DNA of 26,171 bases from a virus. Lineage: Duplodnaviria; Caudoviricetes. This document shows positions 8,927-17,046 of the stretch, piece after piece. Position 1 is the first letter of the stretch, and every line of letters begins with the position of its first letter. The notes beneath the pieces are model-generated. The model saw only the letters and a list, made by a program, of their open reading frames with translations, was not told where the DNA came from and searched no databases. A program made the position numbers and the translations under genes. The stretch covers positions 1-26,171 of the IMG/VR virus record IMGVR_UViG_3300030376_002463; one strand, 5' to 3'.

Positions 8927-10579
8927 ATGGCTACTAAAACTTATAAAATAAACATTGATGTCGAAAGTAAAACTCTAGGACAGTTAGAGGATGAACTGGG
9001 TCAGATTAATGAAGAGTTAAAGCAGGTCGATAGGAATAGCGATGCCTTTAAAGAATTAGCACAAAAGTCTCAAGCACTTACCTCTGAAATAGAAAAGACT
9101 AACAATGCTATTGCTGGTCTTAAGCTAGAAGATAAATTACAAGCAGCAGATGGAGCTATCAAGGTATTTGGTGGTTCATTACAAACTGTTGTAGGTACTT
9201 TAGGTGCTTTAGGTATAGAATCAGAAGTATTTGGTGAATTTGAAAAGAAAGCAGCCTCAGCTATTGCTGTAGGTATGGGTATAAAGGATGTATCTGAAGG
9301 ATTCGGTCAATTTACTATGGTAATGAAGAAATCAGGTATCGCTGCAAAGATATTTGGTTCTACAGTAAATAAAGCTTTAATTGCAACAGGTATTGGTGCA
9401 TTTATAGTATCTTTAGGTCTTATAGTTGCTTATTGGGATGATATAACCCAAGCTATTGGAGGAGCTAGTAAAGAAACAAGAGATTTCTTAACTGATCAAG
9501 AAGCTGTAACAGAAGAAACTATAGCTCAGTTAGATTTATTAAACCAACAAGATAACATACTTAAGTTACAAGGTTTATCTGAAGAAGATATCTTAAATAA
9601 AAAGATAGCTCAAACAGACGAAATACTTTTACAATTACAGTTACAAAAAAGAGCAGCAAAAGAAGTAGCTGACGAACAAATAAAAAATACAGCCAGAGTA
9701 ATGGGTATCTTCACAGGAATGGGAGCTACTGGACCTGGTGGATTAATTGGTAAACTATTAGGATATTCTCCTGAAGGTATAGCAGAAATAGCTCAAAAAT
9801 CTCAAGAGCAGTTAGATCTTATCGATGAACAGATTATTCAGATAGAAAATACCAGAGCTGGATACATATTAAGAAAGCAAGCTTTAACAGCTGAAGATGA
9901 TGAGGTAGAAGTTACTCAATATAGAGAAAAAGTAGAAACTGTTAATGCTATAACTAAAACTAAAGGTGTAGTTGCATTAGAGACTGCAGGATTAGAGGTT
10001 CAAGCATTAGATACAGTAGCAATAGCTAACTTACAAGCAGCTGCAGCAGATAGACAGTATAAACAAGCTCAACAAGCTTCACAAGAACAAAATGCTGCTT
10101 TACAACAGGCATTAGGAGCTACAGCAGGAGCATTACAAGCAGTAGGAGGAGTATTAGATCAAGAGTCTACCGCAGCAAAGGCTCTAGCAATTGGTAGTGC
10201 TATTATAAACACTTATTTAGGTGTTACTCAAGCATTATCTACACCAGCTGTACCGTTTATAGAACCATTTGCAACAATTACAAGAATTGCTAACGTAGCT
10301 ATTGTATTGGCATCTGGTTTAAAAGCAGTACAACAAATAAAGAAAACACCCCCTAAAGCTTCTTCAGCAGGAGGAGCAGCTAACGTAGCAGGAGGTAGAG
10401 GAGCAGCAGCTAGTCCAAATGCAGCAGCAACTGCAATGAGAACTCAAGCACCTAGAAGCTTTGATACTCCTCAACAATTTAGTACCGAACCTACAGTAAG
10501 AGCTTATGTAGTAGCTGGTGATGTTTCAAGCTCACAAGAGGCTGATGCTAAAATCAGTCAGAGAAGAACCATTGGTTAA
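8927..10579 (+). CDS. Tape measure protein
   Basis: 550 aa, helical and Ala/Gln/Glu-rich, with ALIATGIGAFIVSLG and a C-terminal VRAYVVAGDVSSSQEAD motif. Confidence 0.75.
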   Translation: MATKTYKINIDVESKTLGQLEDELGQINEELKQVDRNSDAFKELAQKSQALTSEIEKTNNAIAGLKLEDKLQAADGAIKVFGGSLQTVVGTLGALGIESEVFGEFEKKAASAIAVGMGIKDVSEGFGQFTMVMKKSGIAAKIFGSTVNKALIATGIGAFIVSLGLIVAYWDDITQAIGGASKETRDFLTDQEAVTEETIAQLDLLNQQDNILKLQGLSEEDILNKKIAQTDEILLQLQLQKRAAKEVADEQIKNTARVMGIFTGMGATGPGGLIGKLLGYSPEGIAEIAQKSQEQLDLIDEQIIQIENTRAGYILRKQALTAEDDEVEVTQYREKVETVNAITKTKGVVALETAGLEVQALDTVAIANLQAAAADRQYKQAQQASQEQNAALQQALGATAGALQAVGGVLDQESTAAKALAIGSAIINTYLGVTQALSTPAVPFIEPFATITRIANVAIVLASGLKAVQQIKKTPPKASSAGGAANVAGGRGAAASPNAAATAMRTQAPRSFDTPQQFSTEPTVRAYVVAGDVSSSQEADAKISQRRTIG

Positions 10580-10581
10580 AC

Positions 10582-10589
10582 CTATTTAT
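10582..10589 (+). promoter_or_regulatory. CTATTTAT motif, candidate late promoter
   Basis: Ends 4 nt before ATG 10594. Confidence 0.5.
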
Positions 10590-10593
10590 TATT

Positions 10594-12276
10594 ATGCGCA
10601 TTATAGAACTATTAATTGACGAACTAGATAAACTATCAGGAGTAGATGCAGTAGCTTTAGTTGAAACACCGGCTATTGAAGCTGACTTCTTTGCATTTAA
10701 CGATGTTAATGTAGAAGATTTAGTTGTTAAACAAATTATAGAAAAAGAATTATTTGTTGAAAGACGAATTGGTGAAAGTCAAGAAAGCTATATCGGTAGA
10801 TGTATACCAGTCTTAAAAGGAGAAGGATACGATGAAGATCAAGCAGCTGCTATTTGTTATGACGGCTTAAAAAAAAATAACTATGATGGCCATAGAATAA
10901 ATTTACCGGTAGATGAAACTACTATACTACAGGCTGAAGGAGAAAATAGAGGTTTAAGAGTAAACAATAATTCTGATAGATCATATGATGTAGCTTATTG
11001 GTATAAAGACGATACTCAGCCAATGTCAATTGAAGTAGAGTTAGATGGTAAACCAGTAGGTTATCATGAAAATATACATTTAAAATTTCATCCTTTTCTA
11101 GGTAAAGAAGAAGACTACGATCATCACGAAGATGACCATAAAAAACTTTATGTCTCTGTAATAAAAACTGACGATGGAAAGAAGTATGTCATAGACGATA
11201 CATTACTACCAGAGCTACACTTAGAGATAGATAAGAAATACTGTATAGACCAATGTGATGAGTCTAATCAAGACCATCCTATGAGATTATCTATAACTCC
11301 AGACGGTATACATAATGGAGGAAAAGCTTATTTAGGTATTGGTACTGAAGAGATAGAATATGAATTAGATAAGATACATTTTACACCACAAATTACTACA
11401 CCTAAACAATTATATTACTATTGTGTTAATCATCCAGGAATGGGAGGTAAGTTTGACATAGTTAGACCATCTTTAATTGAGACAATAGAAGAAGAATATG
11501 AATTCGAATCTTACACTGATTATCCTCAATCTGCCACAAATGCTGCAAAACGAGCACTTGAATGGAAAGAATCACACCCTGATAACGACTGTGGTACAAG
11601 AGTTGGATGGGCAAGAGCTAACCAGCTTGCTGACAGACGACCAATATCAGAAGAAACTATTGCAAGAATGGCTTCTTTTGCACGCCATTTACAATACAAA
11701 GATGTACCCTACTCTGAAGGATGTGGAGGCTTAATGGTAGATGCATGGGGAGGTGAAGCAGCAATTAATTGGGCTAAGGGTAAATTAGAAAAAATAAGAG
11801 AAGGTTTAACATGGCATGAGAAACGTGCTAAGAACCTTGCATTTACAGGGAAAAACACTAAATTTAAGTTTGCTATGGATGAAGATGAGCAAATGGTAGT
11901 TGGTCCTCTTATGATCCCTGATAAACTTATACTTAGAATAGATGAAAACGATGATCCTTACTATGTTTTCTTTAGTAAGAAGACTATTCAAGATATAGCT
12001 TTCAAGTTAATGAAAGAAAAAAGACTAGATTCAGTAAATGTCGAACACGATATGGAACAAAAAGTAGACGGATATATGGTTAGTTCCTGGATAGTTGAAG
12101 ATAGTTCAAACGATAAACAAAACATATATGGTTTTAATTTCCCAGAAGGTACTTGGATGGGACAATATAAAATAGAGAACGAAGGAGTATGGGATATGGT
12201 AAGGTCAGGTGACCTAAAAGGATTCTCTGTTGAAGGTTTTTTCCAAGATAAATTTATTCAAGCCTCAAAAAATTAA
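10594..12276 (+). CDS. XkdF-like putative prohead serine protease with inserted modules
   Basis: N-terminal GVDAVALVETPAIEADF; C-terminal VVGPLMIPDK...YYVFFSKKTI...NVEH...PEGTW...VRSGDLKGFSVEG typical of XkdF-like peptidases. Confidence 0.75.
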   Translation: MRIIELLIDELDKLSGVDAVALVETPAIEADFFAFNDVNVEDLVVKQIIEKELFVERRIGESQESYIGRCIPVLKGEGYDEDQAAAICYDGLKKNNYDGHRINLPVDETTILQAEGENRGLRVNNNSDRSYDVAYWYKDDTQPMSIEVELDGKPVGYHENIHLKFHPFLGKEEDYDHHEDDHKKLYVSVIKTDDGKKYVIDDTLLPELHLEIDKKYCIDQCDESNQDHPMRLSITPDGIHNGGKAYLGIGTEEIEYELDKIHFTPQITTPKQLYYYCVNHPGMGGKFDIVRPSLIETIEEEYEFESYTDYPQSATNAAKRALEWKESHPDNDCGTRVGWARANQLADRRPISEETIARMASFARHLQYKDVPYSEGCGGLMVDAWGGEAAINWAKGKLEKIREGLTWHEKRAKNLAFTGKNTKFKFAMDEDEQMVVGPLMIPDKLILRIDENDDPYYVFFSKKTIQDIAFKLMKEKRLDSVNVEHDMEQKVDGYMVSSWIVEDSSNDKQNIYGFNFPEGTWMGQYKIENEGVWDMVRSGDLKGFSVEGFFQDKFIQASKN

Positions 12277-12278
12277 AT

Positions 12279-12440
12279 ATGACACCTACTCAAGAAACTG
12301 GAGCTATAGGATACTTCACTAGCTTCTCTATAAGTGCAATGCATTTCGAAGATTTAATACTAGCATTTGTTCTAGGTTTCTTTGGAGCAGCAGGAGCATA
12401 TGTCTTTCATAGAATTTTTGATAAAAAGAAAGACCGCTAA
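12279..12440 (+). CDS. Small membrane protein, holin-like (53 aa)
   Basis: MTPTQETGAIGYFTSFSISAMHFEDLILAFVLGFFGAAGAYVFHRIFDKKKDR: hydrophobic helices with a basic C-terminus. Not in the ORF track. Confidence 0.55.
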   Translation: MTPTQETGAIGYFTSFSISAMHFEDLILAFVLGFFGAAGAYVFHRIFDKKKDR

Positions 12441-12464
12441 CAAGAACAGCAGAGTTAACGGTCT
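12423..12464 (-). terminator. Intrinsic terminator for minus-strand transcription
   Basis: On the minus strand AGACCGTTAAC-N12-GTTAGCGGTCT-TTCTTTTT: 11-bp stem with one G-U pair that forms only on this strand. Confidence 0.75.
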
Positions 12465-12525
12465 AACCAAAAATAAAAATAAAATAGTTTCTGGAGGCTA
12501 GATGTGCAGTATATCCTCCAAACTT
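12423..12525 (-). ncRNA. Candidate ~100-nt small RNA (hairpin, U-rich linker, terminator)
   Basis: TGGAGG/CCTCCA stem (12492-12520), U-rich linker, terminator, and a promoter-like element at 12531-12561 with no ORF downstream. Confidence 0.4.
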
Positions 12526-12530
12526 ATAAA

Positions 12531-12561
12531 CAATATAAGAACTATTTTTCTAAAAAGCCAC
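12531..12561 (-). promoter_or_regulatory. Candidate promoter GTGG-N20-TATATTG
   Basis: Shares AGTTCTTATATTGT exactly with the promoter-like site at 25429-25442. Confidence 0.5.
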
Positions 12562-13087
12562 TAATTTGTAAAGTAAATTTATCTTTCATTCCTGCATTAG
12601 CAGATAAATGTAAAGGTCTACTATCCCAAATGTATCCATCTCCGGCTAACCAGTTATCTGAAGTTACCCATTGATTTAATTCTTCAGACTTATATTGTAG
12701 CATATGTCCTACTTTCCAGTCTTCTAGATATATGTTAGCTCTAACTTTAGTTCTTTTATCGTCTGGGTATTTTTTATTTATTTGGAAAAAAGTGTCTCTA
12801 TGTAAAGCAATTACATTACCTGGTGGTTGTAGTATAGAGGAAATAGTTATTACCTCCATTCCAAGCTTAGTACCTAATTCCTTAAAGTCTACCATGTCTT
12901 CGGTATACCATAACTGTTGTATAACCGTATTATTTTCATCATAAGAGTGTCCTAGTCCATATTCTTGGTGAATATCAGTTAGTTCATGGACTTGATGTGC
13001 TAAACAAGTACCTTTATGTACTGAATAGTCTTGGTTTGGTGGTAAAAAGTAACTTCTATTGAAGTCTAAGTGTATTTTTTTAAGCAT
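12542..13087 (-). CDS. Cupin-fold Fe(II)/2OG oxygenase, aspartyl/asparaginyl beta-hydroxylase-like
   Basis: LQPPGNVIALHRD (HxD) ... RANIYLEDWKVGH ... WLAGDGYIWDSRPLHLSANAG (distal His). Confidence 0.65.
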   Translation of the reverse strand: MLKKIHLDFNRSYFLPPNQDYSVHKGTCLAHQVHELTDIHQEYGLGHSYDENNTVIQQLWYTEDMVDFKELGTKLGMEVITISSILQPPGNVIALHRDTFFQINKKYPDDKRTKVRANIYLEDWKVGHMLQYKSEELNQWVTSDNWLAGDGYIWDSRPLHLSANAGMKDKFTLQISGFLEK

Positions 13088-13092
13088 TTAAT

Positions 13093-13116
13093 TATATATT
13101 TATATATTTATATATT
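13093..13116. repeat. Tandem repeat (TATATATT)x3
   Basis: Three exact 8-mers in the gap between two cassette genes. Confidence 0.85.
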
Positions 13117-14155
13117 AGTAGAGATGTACCCATAAGTTATCCCAAGCATAGGATTCTTTTAACCATGGCATCTCTGTTTTATTATTTATTGGTTTTTCGT
13201 AGTTTAATCCTACTCGACTATAATCGTTTTTTCCTTTATAGTGCCTTAATATATGAATATAGTCAGAGAAGGTAGAGTATTGACTACCAAAGTAATGATA
13301 AGCATTAGCACATATCTCCATATCTAGAGCTAAAGCATCAACATTATCAGCATCGGTATAGTCACTAAGAAACTTTATATCGTAGTCTTTTTTTAAGAAG
13401 TCAAATAGAGATTTATCTTTTTCATCGGTAGCTATAAATAAAGGTACCCAATCTCTTACTCTATTTTTAAGACTATCTGCTAAGTTATCATATAATTTTA
13501 AAGTAGAGTCTGTTCTAGTTTGTAAAAAGTCTCCTCTTCTTATATGTACAGCATCGTAATCTTTAGGCATTAATTTTTTAGCCTTAGTACGATATTTAGA
13601 TCTAAGTTTTAAACCATTTCTTAGTTTTTCTTTTATTTTATGTTTTTGTTCATGATATACATGGAAATACCAATAACCAAATAAAGAAGAAGGAAAATGT
13701 ATAATTTTATCTGGTTTGTTTAAGTTAATACTAGGTCTTATTTCATTCTTCCATTTTTTAAATGTCGTATCTTCTAGTATCTCTCCATGTACCATATGTT
13801 GATCCATCCAATACTGTGGGCCATGATTAGACCATTGATCTCCGAACGTTATACACGGGTAGTCCTTACATATACCATCAAAGTATTGTGTATCTGTATT
13901 ATATTTTTGTAATTCTGGTACATCTTCATAGTCTATACAGTCAAATTGACTAGTAAAAGCCTTTCTATCCCATATTTTCCAAAAATCAAAGTAAGTTTTC
14001 TTGTTAGCATGGTCTGAGAAGAATAAAACGTATACTTTTGGTGGTATAACTAACTTACGATTAGTAACAACAGACATAGCTGCTGCTAATTCATAAGACA
14101 TTCTTACATTATTCATTCCTCCCCACCATGGGTCAAATGTTAAGTATCTATCCAT
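13115..14155 (-). CDS. GT-B glycosyltransferase, protein O-fucosyltransferase (POFUT)-like
   Basis: GGMNNVRMS...NRKLVIPP; YDAVHIRRGDF; LFIATDE; ICANAYHYFGSQYSTFS correspond to GDP-fucose-binding motifs of the O-FucT family. Confidence 0.75.
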   Translation of the reverse strand: MDRYLTFDPWWGGMNNVRMSYELAAAMSVVTNRKLVIPPKVYVLFFSDHANKKTYFDFWKIWDRKAFTSQFDCIDYEDVPELQKYNTDTQYFDGICKDYPCITFGDQWSNHGPQYWMDQHMVHGEILEDTTFKKWKNEIRPSINLNKPDKIIHFPSSLFGYWYFHVYHEQKHKIKEKLRNGLKLRSKYRTKAKKLMPKDYDAVHIRRGDFLQTRTDSTLKLYDNLADSLKNRVRDWVPLFIATDEKDKSLFDFLKKDYDIKFLSDYTDADNVDALALDMEICANAYHYFGSQYSTFSDYIHILRHYKGKNDYSRVGLNYEKPINNKTEMPWLKESYAWDNLWVHLY

Positions 14156-15392
14156 TAGTCCATTCTGCTAGTTGATAATGTATGTAAAAGTTTCTGTAGT
14201 ATTTACCTTGAAATCTTTCGTTTCTACCATGCATACATTTAGCTGATTCATATAAAACCATTTCACCTGGTTCTAAATATACTTTATGCCAAGTACCATC
14301 ATGTGCTTGTATATCTAGTGGCCAATCTGGTTGTCCATCTAACATTTTATCAAGCATAATAATAGAAGAGATATGATGAGTATTAATTCTATCGGTATGT
14401 TGACGTAAATCAGCATTGTTTAGATAGCTTCTAATTCCATATATGTAAGTGGCATTTAACTTTTCACCACACCATTCCTCATGCATTGGTAGTAGATCTT
14501 GATGTAATTTATTTCTTTTATCTGCTACTAAATTAAGATCCATTAGTTCTGAAGTCTTATCAGCACCGGTTATAAAGTGTTGTTTACCTTCAAAATGTTC
14601 TTCTACTTTATTATTTCTTACTTCAGCATACATTTGTATAATGTCATGCCATAGGTTTTCTGGTACTTTAAATTTTTCAAAACCATCTTTAGTAAACTTA
14701 GGAAAGTCATTTGTACTAGTATAAACCTTTTTACTATTTTTTATAACTTCCATTTGAGCTTTAGGTATCTTCATATCTTCTGTAGCTTGTTCTTTAGCTT
14801 TCATAGCTTCATTACCTAGTGTATTATCTTGCCCACCATCCCATTTATTTTCTCTCCACCAAGAAGTTATTATGTATTTAGTACCTTTAGTTACATCTTG
14901 ACCTTCATGCATTCCATCTCTATCTCCTGTACCATCTTTTTTAAGATGAGTCCATATAAGAGCTTTACCTTTTTCTGGTTTAGCAGTAAAATCTAACTCT
15001 GGAAAGTCTGTACCACCACCTTCAAAGTCATCGTTAAGATAAACCATTAAGGTATGTGTTCTATTTCCTGAAGCTAAACAATGTCTAGTATAAGCATCTC
15101 CTTCGAACCAATCAAAGTGTGGTCTAAAGTATTGACCTTCTTCGTATTTTTGTCCTTGTAAATGTTCTCCGTAAGAGGTATCTTTCTTAACTATGTCTGC
15201 TATTCTTTTATGAATCTCAGCTACTTTTTTATCGGTATGGTTAAGGTTAGAGGTAGAAGAAGTTCTAGTATTCTCTATAATATTTTTACCACCAGCAGCT
15301 ACCATAGACTTCTGGTTTTGTTTTTCGATTAACGAAATAATGTAGTCACATTCTTTATCCGTTAATAACTTGGGGATTTCTCTAAGTATCAT
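14148..15392 (-). CDS. Prolyl 4-hydroxylase-like domain fused to a second 2OG-Fe(II) oxygenase domain
   Basis: Domain 1: LTDKEC...RTSS...EHLQGQKYEEGQYFRPHFD...RTHTLMVYLND..EGGGTDFP...HEG..VTKGTKY (HxD...H...K). Domain 2: YGIRSY...HTD...WPLDI...PGEMVLYES..CMHGR. Confidence 0.85.
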   Translation of the reverse strand: MILREIPKLLTDKECDYIISLIEKQNQKSMVAAGGKNIIENTRTSSTSNLNHTDKKVAEIHKRIADIVKKDTSYGEHLQGQKYEEGQYFRPHFDWFEGDAYTRHCLASGNRTHTLMVYLNDDFEGGGTDFPELDFTAKPEKGKALIWTHLKKDGTGDRDGMHEGQDVTKGTKYIITSWWRENKWDGGQDNTLGNEAMKAKEQATEDMKIPKAQMEVIKNSKKVYTSTNDFPKFTKDGFEKFKVPENLWHDIIQMYAEVRNNKVEEHFEGKQHFITGADKTSELMDLNLVADKRNKLHQDLLPMHEEWCGEKLNATYIYGIRSYLNNADLRQHTDRINTHHISSIIMLDKMLDGQPDWPLDIQAHDGTWHKVYLEPGEMVLYESAKCMHGRNERFQGKYYRNFYIHYQLAEWTNG

Positions 15393-15416
15393 ATGCCATC
15401 TTTATTATACATAGTA

Positions 15417-15447
15417 TAATATAATGATAAAAATGCATAAAAGCAAA
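15417..15447 (-). promoter_or_regulatory. Candidate promoter of the modification cassette (TTTG-N20-TATATTA)
   Basis: Minus strand reads TTTG cttttatgcatttttatcat TATATTA just upstream of 15392. Confidence 0.55.
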
Positions 15448-15463
15448 CTTTTTTAGTAAATAG

Positions 15464-15493
15464 TTGGTTCGGAAAGGTTTTTTTCGTATAATT
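15464..15493 (+). promoter_or_regulatory. Candidate divergent promoter (TTGG-N19-TATAATT)
   Basis: Back-to-back with the minus-strand promoter, upstream of ATG 15520. Confidence 0.55.
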
Positions 15494-15519
15494 ATAATTA
15501 TAAACCTAAAACACTAAAT

Positions 15520-15795
15520 ATGGCAAATACTGAATTACTACAAGAAATCCTTAAAGAGGTAAAAGAGTTAAGAAAGATAGTAGATACAAAGAATAGTTAT
15601 ACCAAGACTAATAGTACTACTAAAGAATATAAGACATATCGAAAAGATATAGACTTACTTAATAGAATACTAAGTGTTAACGAAAATGAAAAGACAGATA
15701 GTTTTATTAAGAGTATATTAAATAATAGTTATCCCTCAGTTACTGAAGGACAGAAAGCAGTTATAGATAAGATACAAGGAGATTTAAATCTATAA
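15520..15795 (+). CDS. Hypothetical protein (91 aa)
   Basis: A-rich start context behind a promoter-like site; no recognised family. Confidence 0.65.
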   Translation: MANTELLQEILKEVKELRKIVDTKNSYTKTNSTTKEYKTYRKDIDLLNRILSVNENEKTDSFIKSILNNSYPSVTEGQKAVIDKIQGDLNL

Positions 15796-15798
15796 GAC

Positions 15799-16263
15799 AT
15801 GCAAGAAGAACAGACACAGGAGTGTAATATATGTGGTGCAGTACATCCCATAAGTCATTACTACACAATAACTCAGAAGAACGGTACTTTATATACTTAT
15901 AAGTATTGTAGAACTTGTCACTACAAGAAGACTAAGCCAATTAGAGAGCAATGGATTGTTGATAACCATGAAAGAACTATGGAACTACAATTAAAAGCTA
16001 CTATGAAGCATTTAAGTAAACAAAAAGGAGGAGTATACTTAATAAAAACCAATATAGGTGATTATGTAGGTCATTCTAAACACTTAAAGTATAGAATATC
16101 TCAGCAAAATAGTTTCTCACAAAACTTATCAGTAGTAAAGAAAGGCGGTAAGATACTAGGTTACGAGGTATTAGAATACGTAGAAGATAGAGAAGAACGT
16201 AAAGAGAGAGAAAAATACTGGATTCGTAAACTAAAACCAGCATTAAATTATAGAGTAGGGTAG
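15799..16263 (+). CDS. GIY-YIG endonuclease with N-terminal zinc finger (homing endonuclease-like)
   Basis: CNIC...CRTC, then GVYLI...YVGHS..L..R ... EREKYWI..LKP.LN. Confidence 0.8.
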   Translation: MQEEQTQECNICGAVHPISHYYTITQKNGTLYTYKYCRTCHYKKTKPIREQWIVDNHERTMELQLKATMKHLSKQKGGVYLIKTNIGDYVGHSKHLKYRISQQNSFSQNLSVVKKGGKILGYEVLEYVEDREERKEREKYWIRKLKPALNYRVG

Positions 16264-16290
16264 TTGGTTTTCCTTTCTTGAACCAATTGC

Positions 16291-16298
16291 CTATTTAT
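16291..16298 (+). promoter_or_regulatory. CTATTTAT motif upstream of the scaffold/capsid operon
   Basis: Same 8-mer, directly preceded by a hairpin GTAGTTGGTT/AACCAATTGC (16260-16290). Confidence 0.5.
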
Positions 16299-16341
16299 CT
16301 TTAGATTATATATTAATTTTTAACATTCTCAATTAACTATT

Positions 16342-17028
16342 ATGAACAAAGACGAGTTAAAAGAGCTAGTTAAGAAGTACTTCAAATTGACAGACATTAC
16401 TAACCAGGATAAACTAGAGGTAAAAGCCGAATCTTTCGATTCAGCTACGCTTGTAGACGGCACTAAGATTACCAATAAGGAATCAGATGACTTTGCCGTT
16501 GGACAAACTCTTTATGTTATTACTGAAGCTGGAGAAGAAGTGACTGCACCCTCAGGGGAGCACACTACTCAATCTGGTATTGTAATAGTAGTCGATGGCG
16601 AAGGAAAAATAACCGGCTACCACAGACCAGGAGAAACTGGACAAGGTTCACTAGCTGAACAAGAAATGTCTGAATCATCTGAAGAAAAAACTGAGATGGA
16701 CGAACACGTAGACGAAGACGCAATCCAAGAAGAAGCAATAGGTGCTACTTTTGACGAAGGCGAAATCAAAGAAGCTATCGTGGAAGCTATCGCAGAAGTC
16801 GTTGCTCCGGAAATCGAAGCAATGAAAAAGAAAATGGCAGAAATTGAAGAAGCTATTAGAGTAGATATGGCTAAGCCAGCTGCTAAGCCTTCAATGGAAA
16901 GTCGTTTTAACAAGATCCAAGAGATCAAATCAAAGAAAGAAAACACATCGGAATCATTTAACGCTAAGAAGGCTCAAATGGATATGGTGCTTAATGCTTT
17001 CAAATCTAAAATCAAAACAACTGCTTAA
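16342..17028 (+). CDS. Putative capsid scaffolding/assembly protein
   Basis: Acidic, coiled-coil C-terminal half, APSGEHT motif, immediately upstream of the capsid gene. Confidence 0.6.
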   Translation: MNKDELKELVKKYFKLTDITNQDKLEVKAESFDSATLVDGTKITNKESDDFAVGQTLYVITEAGEEVTAPSGEHTTQSGIVIVVDGEGKITGYHRPGETGQGSLAEQEMSESSEEKTEMDEHVDEDAIQEEAIGATFDEGEIKEAIVEAIAEVVAPEIEAMKKKMAEIEEAIRVDMAKPAAKPSMESRFNKIQEIKSKKENTSESFNAKKAQMDMVLNAFKSKIKTTA

Positions 17029-17046
17029 CAATTAAATTTTATTATT

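Noticed and set aside
10594-12276. Intein in the protease
   Set aside because: No C/S...HN-C/S/T splice junctions or LAGLIDADG motifs seen around the inserts.
12542-15392. Cassette as a DNA hypermodification (TET/JBP plus glycosyltransferase) system
   Set aside because: Motifs fit P4H, AspH and O-FucT families rather than TET/JBP or DNA glucosyltransferases, and no nucleotide genes are adjacent. Disfavoured, not excluded.
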